IMG/VR virus record: IMGVR_UViG_3300025769_000078
Reading direction: 5' to 3' (one strand)
DNA from: an uncultured virus (IMG/VR IMGVR_UViG_3300025769_000078)
Taxonomy: Duplodnaviria; Heunggongvirae; Uroviricota; Caudoviricetes
Length of the DNA stretch: 35,690 nt
The translations under genes were made by a program, and so were the position numbers. Shown here piece by piece: positions 1 to 9,444 of the stretch. A model generated the notes under the pieces. It ran no database searches, was not told the DNA's origin, and saw nothing but the letters and a program-made list of their open reading frames with translations. Numbering within the stretch: position 1 is the first letter of the stretch; the number at the start of each line of letters is the position of its first letter.

Positions 1-2
1 GA

Positions 3-3000
3 CAGGTGCATACGCTTGAGGGTGGTTCACCGTTGGGTATCGTCATCAGAGCGTATAAACCTGCATCGACAAGATTGGCAAGCGGTCTACAACCAGTCCC
101 TGCAAACAGTGGCATACCTCCAAACTTTGAGATTCAATTACCTGACCCTGAATCCATTCCCGGTAACATCCTTGTTCGCAGTGGATTCGACCCAATACAG
201 GCATACCAAACAGAAACATTCGGTGACGGTGGTATGATTCACCCTGATTTGGGTGCAAGTCATATCGGTCATCTGTTTGACAACGTGGTCAAATCTCCAA
301 GAAAAGGGCCAACCATGAACGAAGTAGGATGGGAGCACATCTCACAAGACGAAAACTTCCCTGAGTCTACTCGTGACGGCTGGGTAGCAGCGACTGGTAA
401 CAACACACTACGCAGTTCTTACGAGCAACAGGACAGAGCGCTATACTTCCACATTACAAAGATGGGTCACAGCCATACTGAAAAATTCCCGACAACCTAC
501 ACTCACTCTGCTGGTGTGGTCAATCAAGCCCTTACCGTAGATTCCTACACTTCAACCTCAATTACAGCGAGCGCTGCTATCAACGAAAACATATTCTCTA
601 CTGGCTTTGGGACACAAGAAGTAGCCGATAACCGACGATTCATACGAATTAGCAACGCAGCAGGTGAGAGTGTTATCGCTTCGTATGAATCAATAAGTTC
701 AGATGTGTTTAACGACCTTGTTGGTGATATTGACTTCACTCAATTTATGGCTGATAATTTTGCTGTTGGTGCATTGACCATTACACCGTCATACTATGTC
801 CCTGCTGGTAGTGCTCGTATATTCGCTGCACGCCGACTGCGTGACCATGCCGAGGTAAGCGGTAACAGCCCTGACATGGCTCATACTCTCTACTTCGACG
901 GCGATGCTCAAACAACCATACACTCACGATACAGTAAGCCACAACTTACTCCAATGCCTATACCTCGTATGGGTCATCACTTCGTCAATGCAACAATGCC
1001 AATGATGCCGGGTCACTGGGCGCACCCAGCCTATCAAGGACTATACGAGAAAGCAAACAGCGACAAATTAGCGTTACTACCTGACGAAGATTATACGACA
1101 CTGGCTGACAACTTGGTCGAGGTAGACGGCACAACGAACAATCAGACTTCTATTCCTACAGCAGTTACAGACAGGATATTCCCACTCAACCCAGCGCTCA
1201 GAGTAGGTTCACTCACAGCCAACCCATCAGGCCCAAGCGACATTCACGGTGGTGCATTTACGTTGATGTTTGAGACGAAAATCAAGTATGACGGCTATGG
1301 TATACTCGCATCAAAAGGCACTGCTGGTGACATGAACAAGGCTGGTGGACACTCAATTGTCCTTGAGGCTGGTGGTAACTATACGCAGGCTAACCACTTC
1401 CCTGACCCTGCTGAAGTTGGTGCATATCAAATCGTTATCCAACCAAACCTACGCTCGCAACAGGTTACTGGATTCCATCGCAACAACGCTGATGCTACAG
1501 GTTTACCAACTGCTGGCACAGAACTATCGGGTCTTACCAGTCAGCAAGTCAATCTTGTTATCGGTATCAAATACGACGAAGAGCGACACTCAAGCCTGAC
1601 AGACAATGCTAACATCGGTGGTGTCACGCTTATTCTTGCTGAGGCTACGCTGGCTGACGTAAGAGGTTGTGAGATATTCTTGAACGAGGTCATCCTTGAC
1701 CACGACCCTGACCACGGTAGTCAGTTGGCTAACATTCCACCGATGTTGCTTTATAACCCATTGGGAGTTCAAGGGTCGGAGAGTCCTTCGTTTACACGGC
1801 GAGGTCATCCGTATCATCCAACAACTCCTGAGATAGAGTTCAAAGATGCTACACCGGGCTTTACCACGAACATACCGTGGTGGAGTATTATGCATCAAGG
1901 CACTCCGTCTGACGCATCGGCTGTTGGTTTCAGACATCTCGCTCTGTATCGTATCGACAACTACTACCAGTTCTGTCGAGCAAGTTACGGTGCAGTCGCT
2001 GCTCAATTGACATTGGCTGGCTATCCAAGCATTTATCCTGACATCTATTCCAAGATTATGGAGAACGTAAGCCTCGCTCCTACATGTAAGGTCGTTGGAG
2101 CACATTCTTCAGCGACTGCCATACAAGTTGATGATGCTTCCCTGTTCCCTGAAATACCGTATTACGGACAAAAACTGCAATACATTGACCCTTCTACGGG
2201 TAAAACTGTGTCGTTTAGTTACACAACTCGGCAAGGCTTGAGTCACAGTTCAGCGACGATGAATGAGCCTGATGTGTTCCATTTACCAACAGGAGTCACC
2301 ATAGCCGATGGCACAAAACTGACGTTGAGTAAACCGTATTCTACAAAATCTGTAAACGAGATTTTCAACAACGACAGCGAGAGTGTATTGACCAAAAATC
2401 TTGGTCAGTTGCTTACAGGAACGAGAGATACGAACAGTCTTTTCCTAACCGACGCATATCTGTGTGCTTGGAGTCCCAACTTGGGTCGGCCTCACACATT
2501 CTATTCAGATGCCAGCCGAACTTGGATTACAAACGGTGTCAATCACACCTCAGACAGAGCCGTTGATAACGCTGCATACAACAGTATGCCACAGCACTTT
2601 GAGACAATTCACTATCAAGATGTCAATTACGCAGCGAGTCATGGCCCACTTACGTTACGAATGAAAACACCAGTGCCTCCCAAGCCGCTTACTGGCACTG
2701 TCAGTTCGGTTGCGACTACAACTGTTACCGTTATCACAATGAGTGACACGGTTACTGGCGTAAGTAACGGAGATGTTTTGTTTGCTAAGGGTCGAGTTCT
2801 CGGTAGAGTAAACGGTGTTAGCGGTGCTGACATTACGCTCTACACCAAGATATTTGAGAGCAATCTTGTATCAGGCGATAAGGTTTATCTTGACGGTGAT
2901 GGCGAAGTCTTGAGTGGCTCAGACATCAATGCTATCAGTGGTTTATCACCTCAAAGTGGCACTTTTATGCTTTCAAACTACTGGCCGTGTGGTAGTCGTG

Positions 3001-5153
3001 GTGGCCCACTCGTTAGTCGATTAGATGGCTACGCTGCTGCTGCTGCTGCATGGCACTTACCGCAAAGTTACACACACAATGGTGGGATTCATTGGGAAGA
3101 CGATGATGATGGTAGTTATCCAACTGTTTCTAACGGTGTAAGCACTGGCTCACTCAGCGCTCTACGCACATATCCATTTGGTTATCGCTTTGGACTACGA
3201 CAGGCTTGGAACAGACCTCAGTGGGGTCACTATGGTATGCGAGCATTCCAAGAACAAGCCACTCACTCAGGTGCAAGCAATCTTGCTGTTGGCTACAAAG
3301 CAGGGCCACTGACTGAGTATGAGAGTATATCAAGTAACGGGTGGCTTTACGCTGGCGGAGACAGCACGCAAAGCAACACCAACCTACCAACTACCTACGT
3401 TGGTATTCTTGAGCGTAGCACAACGGCTGCTGGTATGTTGAATGCTGACAAATACGAATGGCAAGTGCGCTACAGCGATGGACGACGAATGACGAGAGGG
3501 TTTGGGTGTGCTTTACGCACTTTGCGAAACTCCAGCACAGTCATACGAGATTGGTGGGGCGATTCCGCTGGTATGGGAATGTTGTATTACAAAGACGCTG
3601 TATCGTATTATCTCATTGACTGGTGGGGTAACACTCGTGGTGAGGATGTCCGTCGCTTCCCAGTGCGAAGTTTTGGTATCAATCCGTCTTGGGATGCTGG
3701 AGACGCATACGAGTATGATAGGGTTAATGACCCCAGCCGCACACCATTTGAGCGAGTTTGGAACAATGGCAAGCCTATCTTCAATTTGAAGGGTATCGTT
3801 GATTTCAGCAACGGTAACGTGCTTTCATCTCCAACGGCCACGATACCTCGCTTTGGTGGTAGAAAGAACACTGGTAACAACAACACAGATACTACGTTGG
3901 TCGATGTGTTTGCTCCTACCAATGCGCTACGAGTAGGAGACATGGGTAACGGACGTGGTGTGCGATTCCCAACACAATTCAATGAAGACAGATTGGTTGA
4001 ACTCAGCGCAGTATACCAAAACTCAGGTGTGGTGTTATCAAGCAACACTGCTGAACCTACATTCGGTCAAGGTTTGATTCGACCAAGAAACGACGCACTA
4101 CAACCAAGTGAAATCGTCAGAGGTATCAGTGCTCGATTGGAGGTTGATGAAGATGGGTTGCTCAAACCTGAAGCAACGGTTAGCGACAAGGTAGAATCCA
4201 TTAGCGGAACATCGGTTCACAAGGATGCTGTTTCTCGCTCGTCACCACGAATCGGTATTGACGGAGACACCATAGAATCCTTGACTGGTAGCAACGCCAA
4301 CATGGTAGCCATCAACTCAGAAGCACACAGCCTACACACCAACAGAGGTGTGGGTCAGAGAGTTGTGTTGCATGGTGGTATGCAGTCAGGTTCTCAGACG
4401 CTTGGTGACTACGACTTGACATCCTTGTCCTTCGCTGCTCAGCCTCATGGTGGTGTAATGCGATTTAGTCACACGAGTAATTTCAAGCCTATGGGTGGGA
4501 CTTACATCTTAGAGGCTCGCAGTTTCGCCAGCCCATTCGATGATACAGGCTGGGGACGAAGTGGTATGAGTGGCACAAAGACAAGCAACCCATACCAAAC
4601 AACGAGTTCTGTAGCCAGTCAGACAAACATGACTGACGATGCAATTCAGTTTATGCTACGACCTATACGACTTCTTGACAACCAGCATATCGCTGTATTT
4701 AGACCAGCATTGGCTTTGCACACCGATAGTAAGCAAAACGGTAGCACTGCGTTTACAGCCACCGCTGGTGGTAAGTATGGGTTGTTTACTTACTCGACTC
4801 CAAACGGTAGAGCAAGCAGTGGGTCATACATGCGTGCTACCAACCCTGACACATCAGCACCATACCAACCAGTGTATCTCGTTGAAAGCAGTAGCGACAC
4901 TGTGCCAGTATCGAAAGGGCCAAAGTTACCGGGAACAGAGGTTACTGGCTTTGATAAGACAACACTGAAGAGCACTGTTACTCGACTTATCATCAGTGAA
5001 AACACACTACAGCACTTCAAGAGCGATGCTCCAAGAAGAACTGGTGAGAGTAAGGACTACACCGTCAAACCAAGATTCAGTCAATCGTTGCACAGCAAGG
5101 GACATAAAGAGGATGTATCGTTCAATACATCAGACCACAGTGGTGATGCATGA
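3..5153 (+). CDS. Very large virion/tail structural protein (5'-truncated, >1715 aa)
   Basis: ORF open from the window edge; rich in G/S/T/N/D; first of a translationally coupled + strand operon ending in a fibre-like gene; no enzyme motifs recognised. Confidence 0.6.
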   Translation, partial: QVHTLEGGSPLGIVIRAYKPASTRLASGLQPVPANSGIPPNFEIQLPDPESIPGNILVRSGFDPIQAYQTETFGDGGMIHPDLGASHIGHLFDNVVKSPRKGPTMNEVGWEHISQDENFPESTRDGWVAATGNNTLRSSYEQQDRALYFHITKMGHSHTEKFPTTYTHSAGVVNQALTVDSYTSTSITASAAINENIFSTGFGTQEVADNRRFIRISNAAGESVIASYESISSDVFNDLVGDIDFTQFMADNFAVGALTITPSYYVPAGSARIFAARRLRDHAEVSGNSPDMAHTLYFDGDAQTTIHSRYSKPQLTPMPIPRMGHHFVNATMPMMPGHWAHPAYQGLYEKANSDKLALLPDEDYTTLADNLVEVDGTTNNQTSIPTAVTDRIFPLNPALRVGSLTANPSGPSDIHGGAFTLMFETKIKYDGYGILASKGTAGDMNKAGGHSIVLEAGGNYTQANHFPDPAEVGAYQIVIQPNLRSQQVTGFHRNNADATGLPTAGTELSGLTSQQVNLVIGIKYDEERHSSLTDNANIGGVTLILAEATLADVRGCEIFLNEVILDHDPDHGSQLANIPPMLLYNPLGVQGSESPSFTRRGHPYHPTTPEIEFKDATPGFTTNIPWWSIMHQGTPSDASAVGFRHLALYRIDNYYQFCRASYGAVAAQLTLAGYPSIYPDIYSKIMENVSLAPTCKVVGAHSSATAIQVDDASLFPEIPYYGQKLQYIDPSTGKTVSFSYTTRQGLSHSSATMNEPDVFHLPTGVTIADGTKLTLSKPYSTKSVNEIFNNDSESVLTKNLGQLLTGTRDTNSLFLTDAYLCAWSPNLGRPHTFYSDASRTWITNGVNHTSDRAVDNAAYNSMPQHFETIHYQDVNYAASHGPLTLRMKTPVPPKPLTGTVSSVATTTVTVITMSDTVTGVSNGDVLFAKGRVLGRVNGVSGADITLYTKIFESNLVSGDKVYLDGDGEVLSGSDINAISGLSPQSGTFMLSNYWPCGSRGGPLVSRLDGYAAAAAAWHLPQSYTHNGGIHWEDDDDGSYPTVSNGVSTGSLSALRTYPFGYRFGLRQAWNRPQWGHYGMRAFQEQATHSGASNLAVGYKAGPLTEYESISSNGWLYAGGDSTQSNTNLPTTYVGILERSTTAAGMLNADKYEWQVRYSDGRRMTRGFGCALRTLRNSSTVIRDWWGDSAGMGMLYYKDAVSYYLIDWWGNTRGEDVRRFPVRSFGINPSWDAGDAYEYDRVNDPSRTPFERVWNNGKPIFNLKGIVDFSNGNVLSSPTATIPRFGGRKNTGNNNTDTTLVDVFAPTNALRVGDMGNGRGVRFPTQFNEDRLVELSAVYQNSGVVLSSNTAEPTFGQGLIRPRNDALQPSEIVRGISARLEVDEDGLLKPEATVSDKVESISGTSVHKDAVSRSSPRIGIDGDTIESLTGSNANMVAINSEAHSLHTNRGVGQRVVLHGGMQSGSQTLGDYDLTSLSFAAQPHGGVMRFSHTSNFKPMGGTYILEARSFASPFDDTGWGRSGMSGTKTSNPYQTTSSVASQTNMTDDAIQFMLRPIRLLDNQHIAVFRPALALHTDSKQNGSTAFTATAGGKYGLFTYSTPNGRASSGSYMRATNPDTSAPYQPVYLVESSSDTVPVSKGPKLPGTEVTGFDKTTLKSTVTRLIISENTLQHFKSDAPRRTGESKDYTVKPRFSQSLHSKGHKEDVSFNTSDHSGDA

Positions 5154-6577
5154 TGGGTTTACTCAAGGACAAACGAGCAACAGCCGACACGGATGTTGTG
5201 ATGAAAGCAGTGCGTAAACCAAAGTTCGTGGACAACGCCCTTCATCTTGGTGAGTATACACCACAGAAGAACTTGGAGAAGAAGGTCACGGTGAGGCAAC
5301 GCAAGACCACCACCTATGCTGTCTCTACACCACACACTTACACCATGACAGAACTACAGGATTCTGTTATCCTAAAACACACAGGCACGCATGGGCGAAA
5401 CTACGAAGGTTCTGTGGTCTACTTGGGTTCAAGCATTACCAGTGACAGTGACAAAAACAAACCAGTGTTGCTTTATGGTAAAGGTGCTGAAAGTGAGCGA
5501 CTGCGAACATCATCGGTTCTCAATAGCGGAACAGGAACTACATTCGCTCTAAGGAACATGAAGGGTAAGACACTCGATGGCGTTGGCTTTTCTCAGAGGC
5601 AAGCACACTTTGGACAACCAATTGATGCTGGCTTAAGAACAACAGACTTGGCAATACGCATCAGTAGAGACATCGCTGATTCTCTTACGTCCGTGAACAT
5701 CGCACTACCATTGAGTCCGAGTAACTCCCAAGTCGATAGAAGGCTACACAGCAACAGTTTCGTCGGCGTAGACTTTCACGGTATCACACTTGTTGATGCT
5801 CTACGGTTCATTAGTCGCCATGATGGTCGAGTCATCCACTTTGACAGGTTTGGTAACTTGCTTTACGTTCCGTTCCAGTTTGAAGAGAAGAGTCGATTTA
5901 TCGACCATAACGCTCGCACTGGCCCTGCTGTCAATAACCCAATTGAGAACATATCGAACAGGGTCATCGTAGAGGGTCTACCAACGGCTGTAAACGATAC
6001 CGCCTTTGCTGAGGTAAACAACTCAGAGAAGCAGTCAGGTCGGGCTGGTGAAGTGTTAGAAGAGCCACAGGTTGTCGGTGACTTCACTGTGCGAAGCAAC
6101 GAGCAAGCAAGAGAGATAGGTCGTAACATATTGAAGGCCAATGCAGTCATGCTTGGTAATCTCACAAGCGCTGGTCACCCTAACAGTTGGGATTTGAGGC
6201 CGGGTATGATTATCGAGTATGACGGACAAAGAAAAATCTTAGTCGAGGTAAGACACAGATTATCTCAGAACATCGCTGACCTTGTATTCTTGAGCGTAGA
6301 AGGTGGTATCGAAGGTGTGCTGCAAGGCATTCTTGAAGGCACAAAGAACACTGGCGAGCAAGACGATACTATTGAACAGATTCTTGAGAAGAATATGGCT
6401 CTGTTTGGTGACATTGAGATTGTCTCAGTTGTCATAACAGAAGTTGTTGGACACGGTGTTTCAGGCGATGGTTTCATCATAGGACGAGGTATGGGTAGGG
6501 GTGTCGTAGGTAAAAGCGGTGACAAAGAAGTCGTAGGCGGTAGCAAAACTGCAAGATTTACAGAAAGAGGTGAGTAA
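5150..6577 (+). CDS. Putative tail/baseplate hub-like protein (475 aa)
   Basis: ATGA overlap with the upstream stop; segments 'IHFDRFGNLLYVP', 'ISNRVIVEG' and 'DLRPGMII...VEVRHRL' resemble phage tail hub proteins; structural context. Confidence 0.5.
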   Translation: MMGLLKDKRATADTDVVMKAVRKPKFVDNALHLGEYTPQKNLEKKVTVRQRKTTTYAVSTPHTYTMTELQDSVILKHTGTHGRNYEGSVVYLGSSITSDSDKNKPVLLYGKGAESERLRTSSVLNSGTGTTFALRNMKGKTLDGVGFSQRQAHFGQPIDAGLRTTDLAIRISRDIADSLTSVNIALPLSPSNSQVDRRLHSNSFVGVDFHGITLVDALRFISRHDGRVIHFDRFGNLLYVPFQFEEKSRFIDHNARTGPAVNNPIENISNRVIVEGLPTAVNDTAFAEVNNSEKQSGRAGEVLEEPQVVGDFTVRSNEQAREIGRNILKANAVMLGNLTSAGHPNSWDLRPGMIIEYDGQRKILVEVRHRLSQNIADLVFLSVEGGIEGVLQGILEGTKNTGEQDDTIEQILEKNMALFGDIEIVSVVITEVVGHGVSGDGFIIGRGMGRGVVGKSGDKEVVGGSKTARFTERGE

Positions 6578-6922
6578 ATGCCAGTATCAAATCATGTAAG
6601 ACGGTTGTTGATTGAGACAATTGCTGATAACATCAATGAGATGGTCATTGGTTTCGACGGTAACCCTGCTACAAAAAGCGATGGCGCTGCTGGTAGACCT
6701 GCTAAAGTTATCAATCCTACAGTGCGTATCGTGAGCGATTCTTCACTACTGGTCGAGGGATTCTTAGACGCATCGCATTCCTTCAACGAGTCACTCAAAG
6801 AAGTCTTTATTCAATTTAGAGGCGCACTCAATACTATTCCAATAGCGAGACACACTATAGCATCGTTTACGAAAACAACATCTAACGAGATACGAATACA
6901 GATACTCATTGAGGTGAAATAA
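6578..6922 (+). CDS. Small tail-associated structural protein (114 aa)
   Basis: GAGGTGA SD upstream; abuts both neighbours; 'LKEVFI...IARHTIASFTKT' resembles tail-fibre attachment/collar-type domains. Confidence 0.45.
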   Translation: MPVSNHVRRLLIETIADNINEMVIGFDGNPATKSDGAAGRPAKVINPTVRIVSDSSLLVEGFLDASHSFNESLKEVFIQFRGALNTIPIARHTIASFTKTTSNEIRIQILIEVK

Positions 6923-9216
6923 TGGCAGACAATCCAATATCAGGACATACAGCAGGGGCAAACGACGGACTACGAGACGGTGACCACATCCTATCTCCGT
7001 CGCTAACGAACATCTACGAAGGACTACACGGCAACGGTGTGCTCAATGCACATGATACAGCCTTTGGTAGTAGCGACAGAAACACACCAGCGAGTCTACC
7101 CGGTGCTGTATCGAGTTCTGTTGCTCATCAAGTCGTTGTCAAGGCTTGTAGTGTTATTCTTGATGGTGTGCCTTACACCATTGACAACGGCTCAGGTGGC
7201 GACGTTACACTGAATTTGACATCGACAGGTAATAATCTGACAAACACAACCACTGTTGCTTTGACATCAGGACAAGAGTGTCTATTCGTCATTGTAGCCA
7301 CTTCACAAGGAGCAAAATTCATTCAAACCACACCCGTCACAACCGCCGCTGGTGCTTACTCAGACATATCAGGTTCAATTGCTGACAGTTATTTGAAAAT
7401 GACCAATAACGGCCCATCAAACAACAGACAAACTGTGGTCTTGGCTACCATCAGGGCTACGTTCAACGGTAGTGCCGCTGTTGCAAACGACCTTAACCTC
7501 ACACTGTCTGAAATCAACGACAAGCGAGTCTTTGTCCGACCCTCACCGTTCTATTTGTCTCCCGTAACTACGGGTGCGGTAGGCTCGACAGACCACTTGA
7601 ACACACATACCGCTTTGGAAGACATTCACGGCACTGGTGAAGAAGGAGACTTCGGTAGTAACGGTGTGCTATGGCTGTCGTATAACGAGGATGACAACCT
7701 ACCAAACCTCTACTTCAGTGCTAAGGATGGGTCAAACCGTCACACACATTTGCTTGGCCCGAATCGTATCAAGACAATCACAGCATCATCAGGAACAGTA
7801 ACCTTTGATTTTGACGAGGCTCAGGTGTTTGAATGCAACGCAGGTGGTGCAATCAATCTCAATCCAGCGGCATCAGGATTCCCACCGGGTCATACAGTTA
7901 TCGTCAGTGTGCCGAGTGGTAGTGCTGTAACCTTTGATAGCGGTGGGTTGGGTGCTGCTTTGACTGCTGGTGATGCTGCTTTATTTGTATACAACGGAAC
8001 TGCTTGGAAGCGAATCATGGTGAGCGCTACAACAACCAGTAACGCAAGCGGTGCTGTCGGCTTGATTCAGTTCTCTGACGGTGCTGGTAATCACAACAGC
8101 GATGCTAAGTTGTTTTGGACTGCTGGTTCGTCTACACTCACTGTCAATGGTAAATTGACTGTTACAGGACTGATTGACCCTACTGGGCTTGAACTCACAC
8201 CAGTGGGCGCTAATCCCGGTGGAACTGCCGCCAACACGCTTTGGATGGACACTGGTGCATCTAATGCTTTGAAGCATGGAGCAAACACGGTTCTTAACTC
8301 AGCATCGAGCGTTGCTGATTTGAGCGATGTAACAGCGGCAGGTTCGGGTTCAATCATATCTACAGCCGAGCGCACAAAACTCACAGGTATTGCGACTTCA
8401 GCCGATGTTACTGATGCAACAAACGTCAATGCCGCTATTGCTGGTCACACTTACACAGCGGCGACAGTCGCTGCCAACGACAAGGTGCTGATACAAGACA
8501 CGGATGATAGCAACAATATCAAGACGGTTACTGCTACTTCTATAGCGGCATTGGGCGGCGGTGGAGGTGGTGGCACAAACATAGCCGATGCTGACTCAGA
8601 TACGAAAATAGATGTTGAAGCGTCTTCTGATGAGGACAAAATACGCTTCGATACCGCTGGCTCTGAGAGAATGATTATTGACGAGAATGGGAAAGTTGGT
8701 ATCGGCACATCTTCTCCTGATGTAGATTTAGATGTCAAAAAATCAGCAACTACGATTGCAAGAGTAGCAAGCACAGGCTCGCATGCGAACTTGCGTTTTG
8801 GTCGAGCAAGTTCTTCTTATGATGCCGCAATGTTGTTTTATGACGATATGGCTTCTACTCCTTCATTACAATGGCGTATTCAAATGACCAGTGGTGGAAC
8901 TGATTTATCCATTCGTGACGAAGATGGAAGTCCTGATGGTCAAGAGATAATGAAATTCAAAGATGGTGGCGGTATTGATATTAATTGTGATGTAGCGGTT
9001 GCATCAGGTCATAGCATCACCGTAGGCGGAACAGCAGTTGCTCTTACGAGTGCGCTTGGGGCTTACCAGTTAGCAGGTGCGTCTGAAAGCGAGCCGTTTA
9101 CCCCTATTGGTTCAGGTGGAGGGGGAACGTGGGCAGGGTCGCCCCCCGCTACAATTCAAGAGGCTATTGACAGGTTAGCAATTCAACTTGCGGCATTAGG
9201 TGGCCCGATTCCATGA
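6922..9216 (+). CDS. Tail fibre / receptor-binding protein (764 aa)
   Basis: GAGGTGA SD; G/A/S/T-rich; Gly7 linker; 'ERMIIDENGKVGIGTSSP' fibre repeat motif; C-terminal 'TIQEAIDRL' helix. Confidence 0.7.
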   Translation: MADNPISGHTAGANDGLRDGDHILSPSLTNIYEGLHGNGVLNAHDTAFGSSDRNTPASLPGAVSSSVAHQVVVKACSVILDGVPYTIDNGSGGDVTLNLTSTGNNLTNTTTVALTSGQECLFVIVATSQGAKFIQTTPVTTAAGAYSDISGSIADSYLKMTNNGPSNNRQTVVLATIRATFNGSAAVANDLNLTLSEINDKRVFVRPSPFYLSPVTTGAVGSTDHLNTHTALEDIHGTGEEGDFGSNGVLWLSYNEDDNLPNLYFSAKDGSNRHTHLLGPNRIKTITASSGTVTFDFDEAQVFECNAGGAINLNPAASGFPPGHTVIVSVPSGSAVTFDSGGLGAALTAGDAALFVYNGTAWKRIMVSATTTSNASGAVGLIQFSDGAGNHNSDAKLFWTAGSSTLTVNGKLTVTGLIDPTGLELTPVGANPGGTAANTLWMDTGASNALKHGANTVLNSASSVADLSDVTAAGSGSIISTAERTKLTGIATSADVTDATNVNAAIAGHTYTAATVAANDKVLIQDTDDSNNIKTVTATSIAALGGGGGGGTNIADADSDTKIDVEASSDEDKIRFDTAGSERMIIDENGKVGIGTSSPDVDLDVKKSATTIARVASTGSHANLRFGRASSSYDAAMLFYDDMASTPSLQWRIQMTSGGTDLSIRDEDGSPDGQEIMKFKDGGGIDINCDVAVASGHSITVGGTAVALTSALGAYQLAGASESEPFTPIGSGGGGTWAGSPPATIQEAIDRLAIQLAALGGPIP

Positions 9217-9287
9217 TGGCGTTAATGGCTCTACTGGCATTCATCGCAGGGTTTGTCCTGACATGGCTCGCTACGATTGGCGATTGA
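9213..9287 (+). CDS. Putative 24-aa single-TM micropeptide (MMALMALLAFIAGFVLTWLATIGD)
   Basis: Translated by hand; ATGA overlap with the fibre-gene stop; almost entirely hydrophobic; below the ORF-track cutoff. Confidence 0.4.
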   Translation: MMALMALLAFIAGFVLTWLATIGD

Positions 9288-9444
9288 AGGCGCTATCTTG
9301 CCATATGTGACCGCATTCTTTGCACTGCCACAGGCTTATGCGCTTACGGTCACCATCAAGATAACGTGCTTGTAGCCTTCTTGGAATGTGCTTGTGTGTG
9401 CAAGCCCTGCACTTTACTGTGAGTTTGTCAAGGAGTCTTCCCAT
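9271..9444 (-). CDS. 57-aa TFS/TFIIS C-terminal-like zinc ribbon protein
   Basis: Hand translation MGRLLDKLTVKCRACTHKHIPRRLQARYLDGDRKRISLWQCKECGHIWQDSAFNRQS; CxxC...CxxCGHxW; TGATG coupling to the chaperonin stop. Confidence 0.7.
   Translation of the reverse strand: MGRLLDKLTVKCRACTHKHIPRRLQARYLDGDRKRISLWQCKECGHIWQDSAFNRQS

Noticed and set aside
3033..3050. (GCT)5 repeat
   Set aside because: In-frame Ala6 run; too short to suggest phase variation
6922..9216. Diversity-generating retroelement target in the fibre gene
   Set aside because: No reverse transcriptase and no TR/VR repeat pair seen in the window
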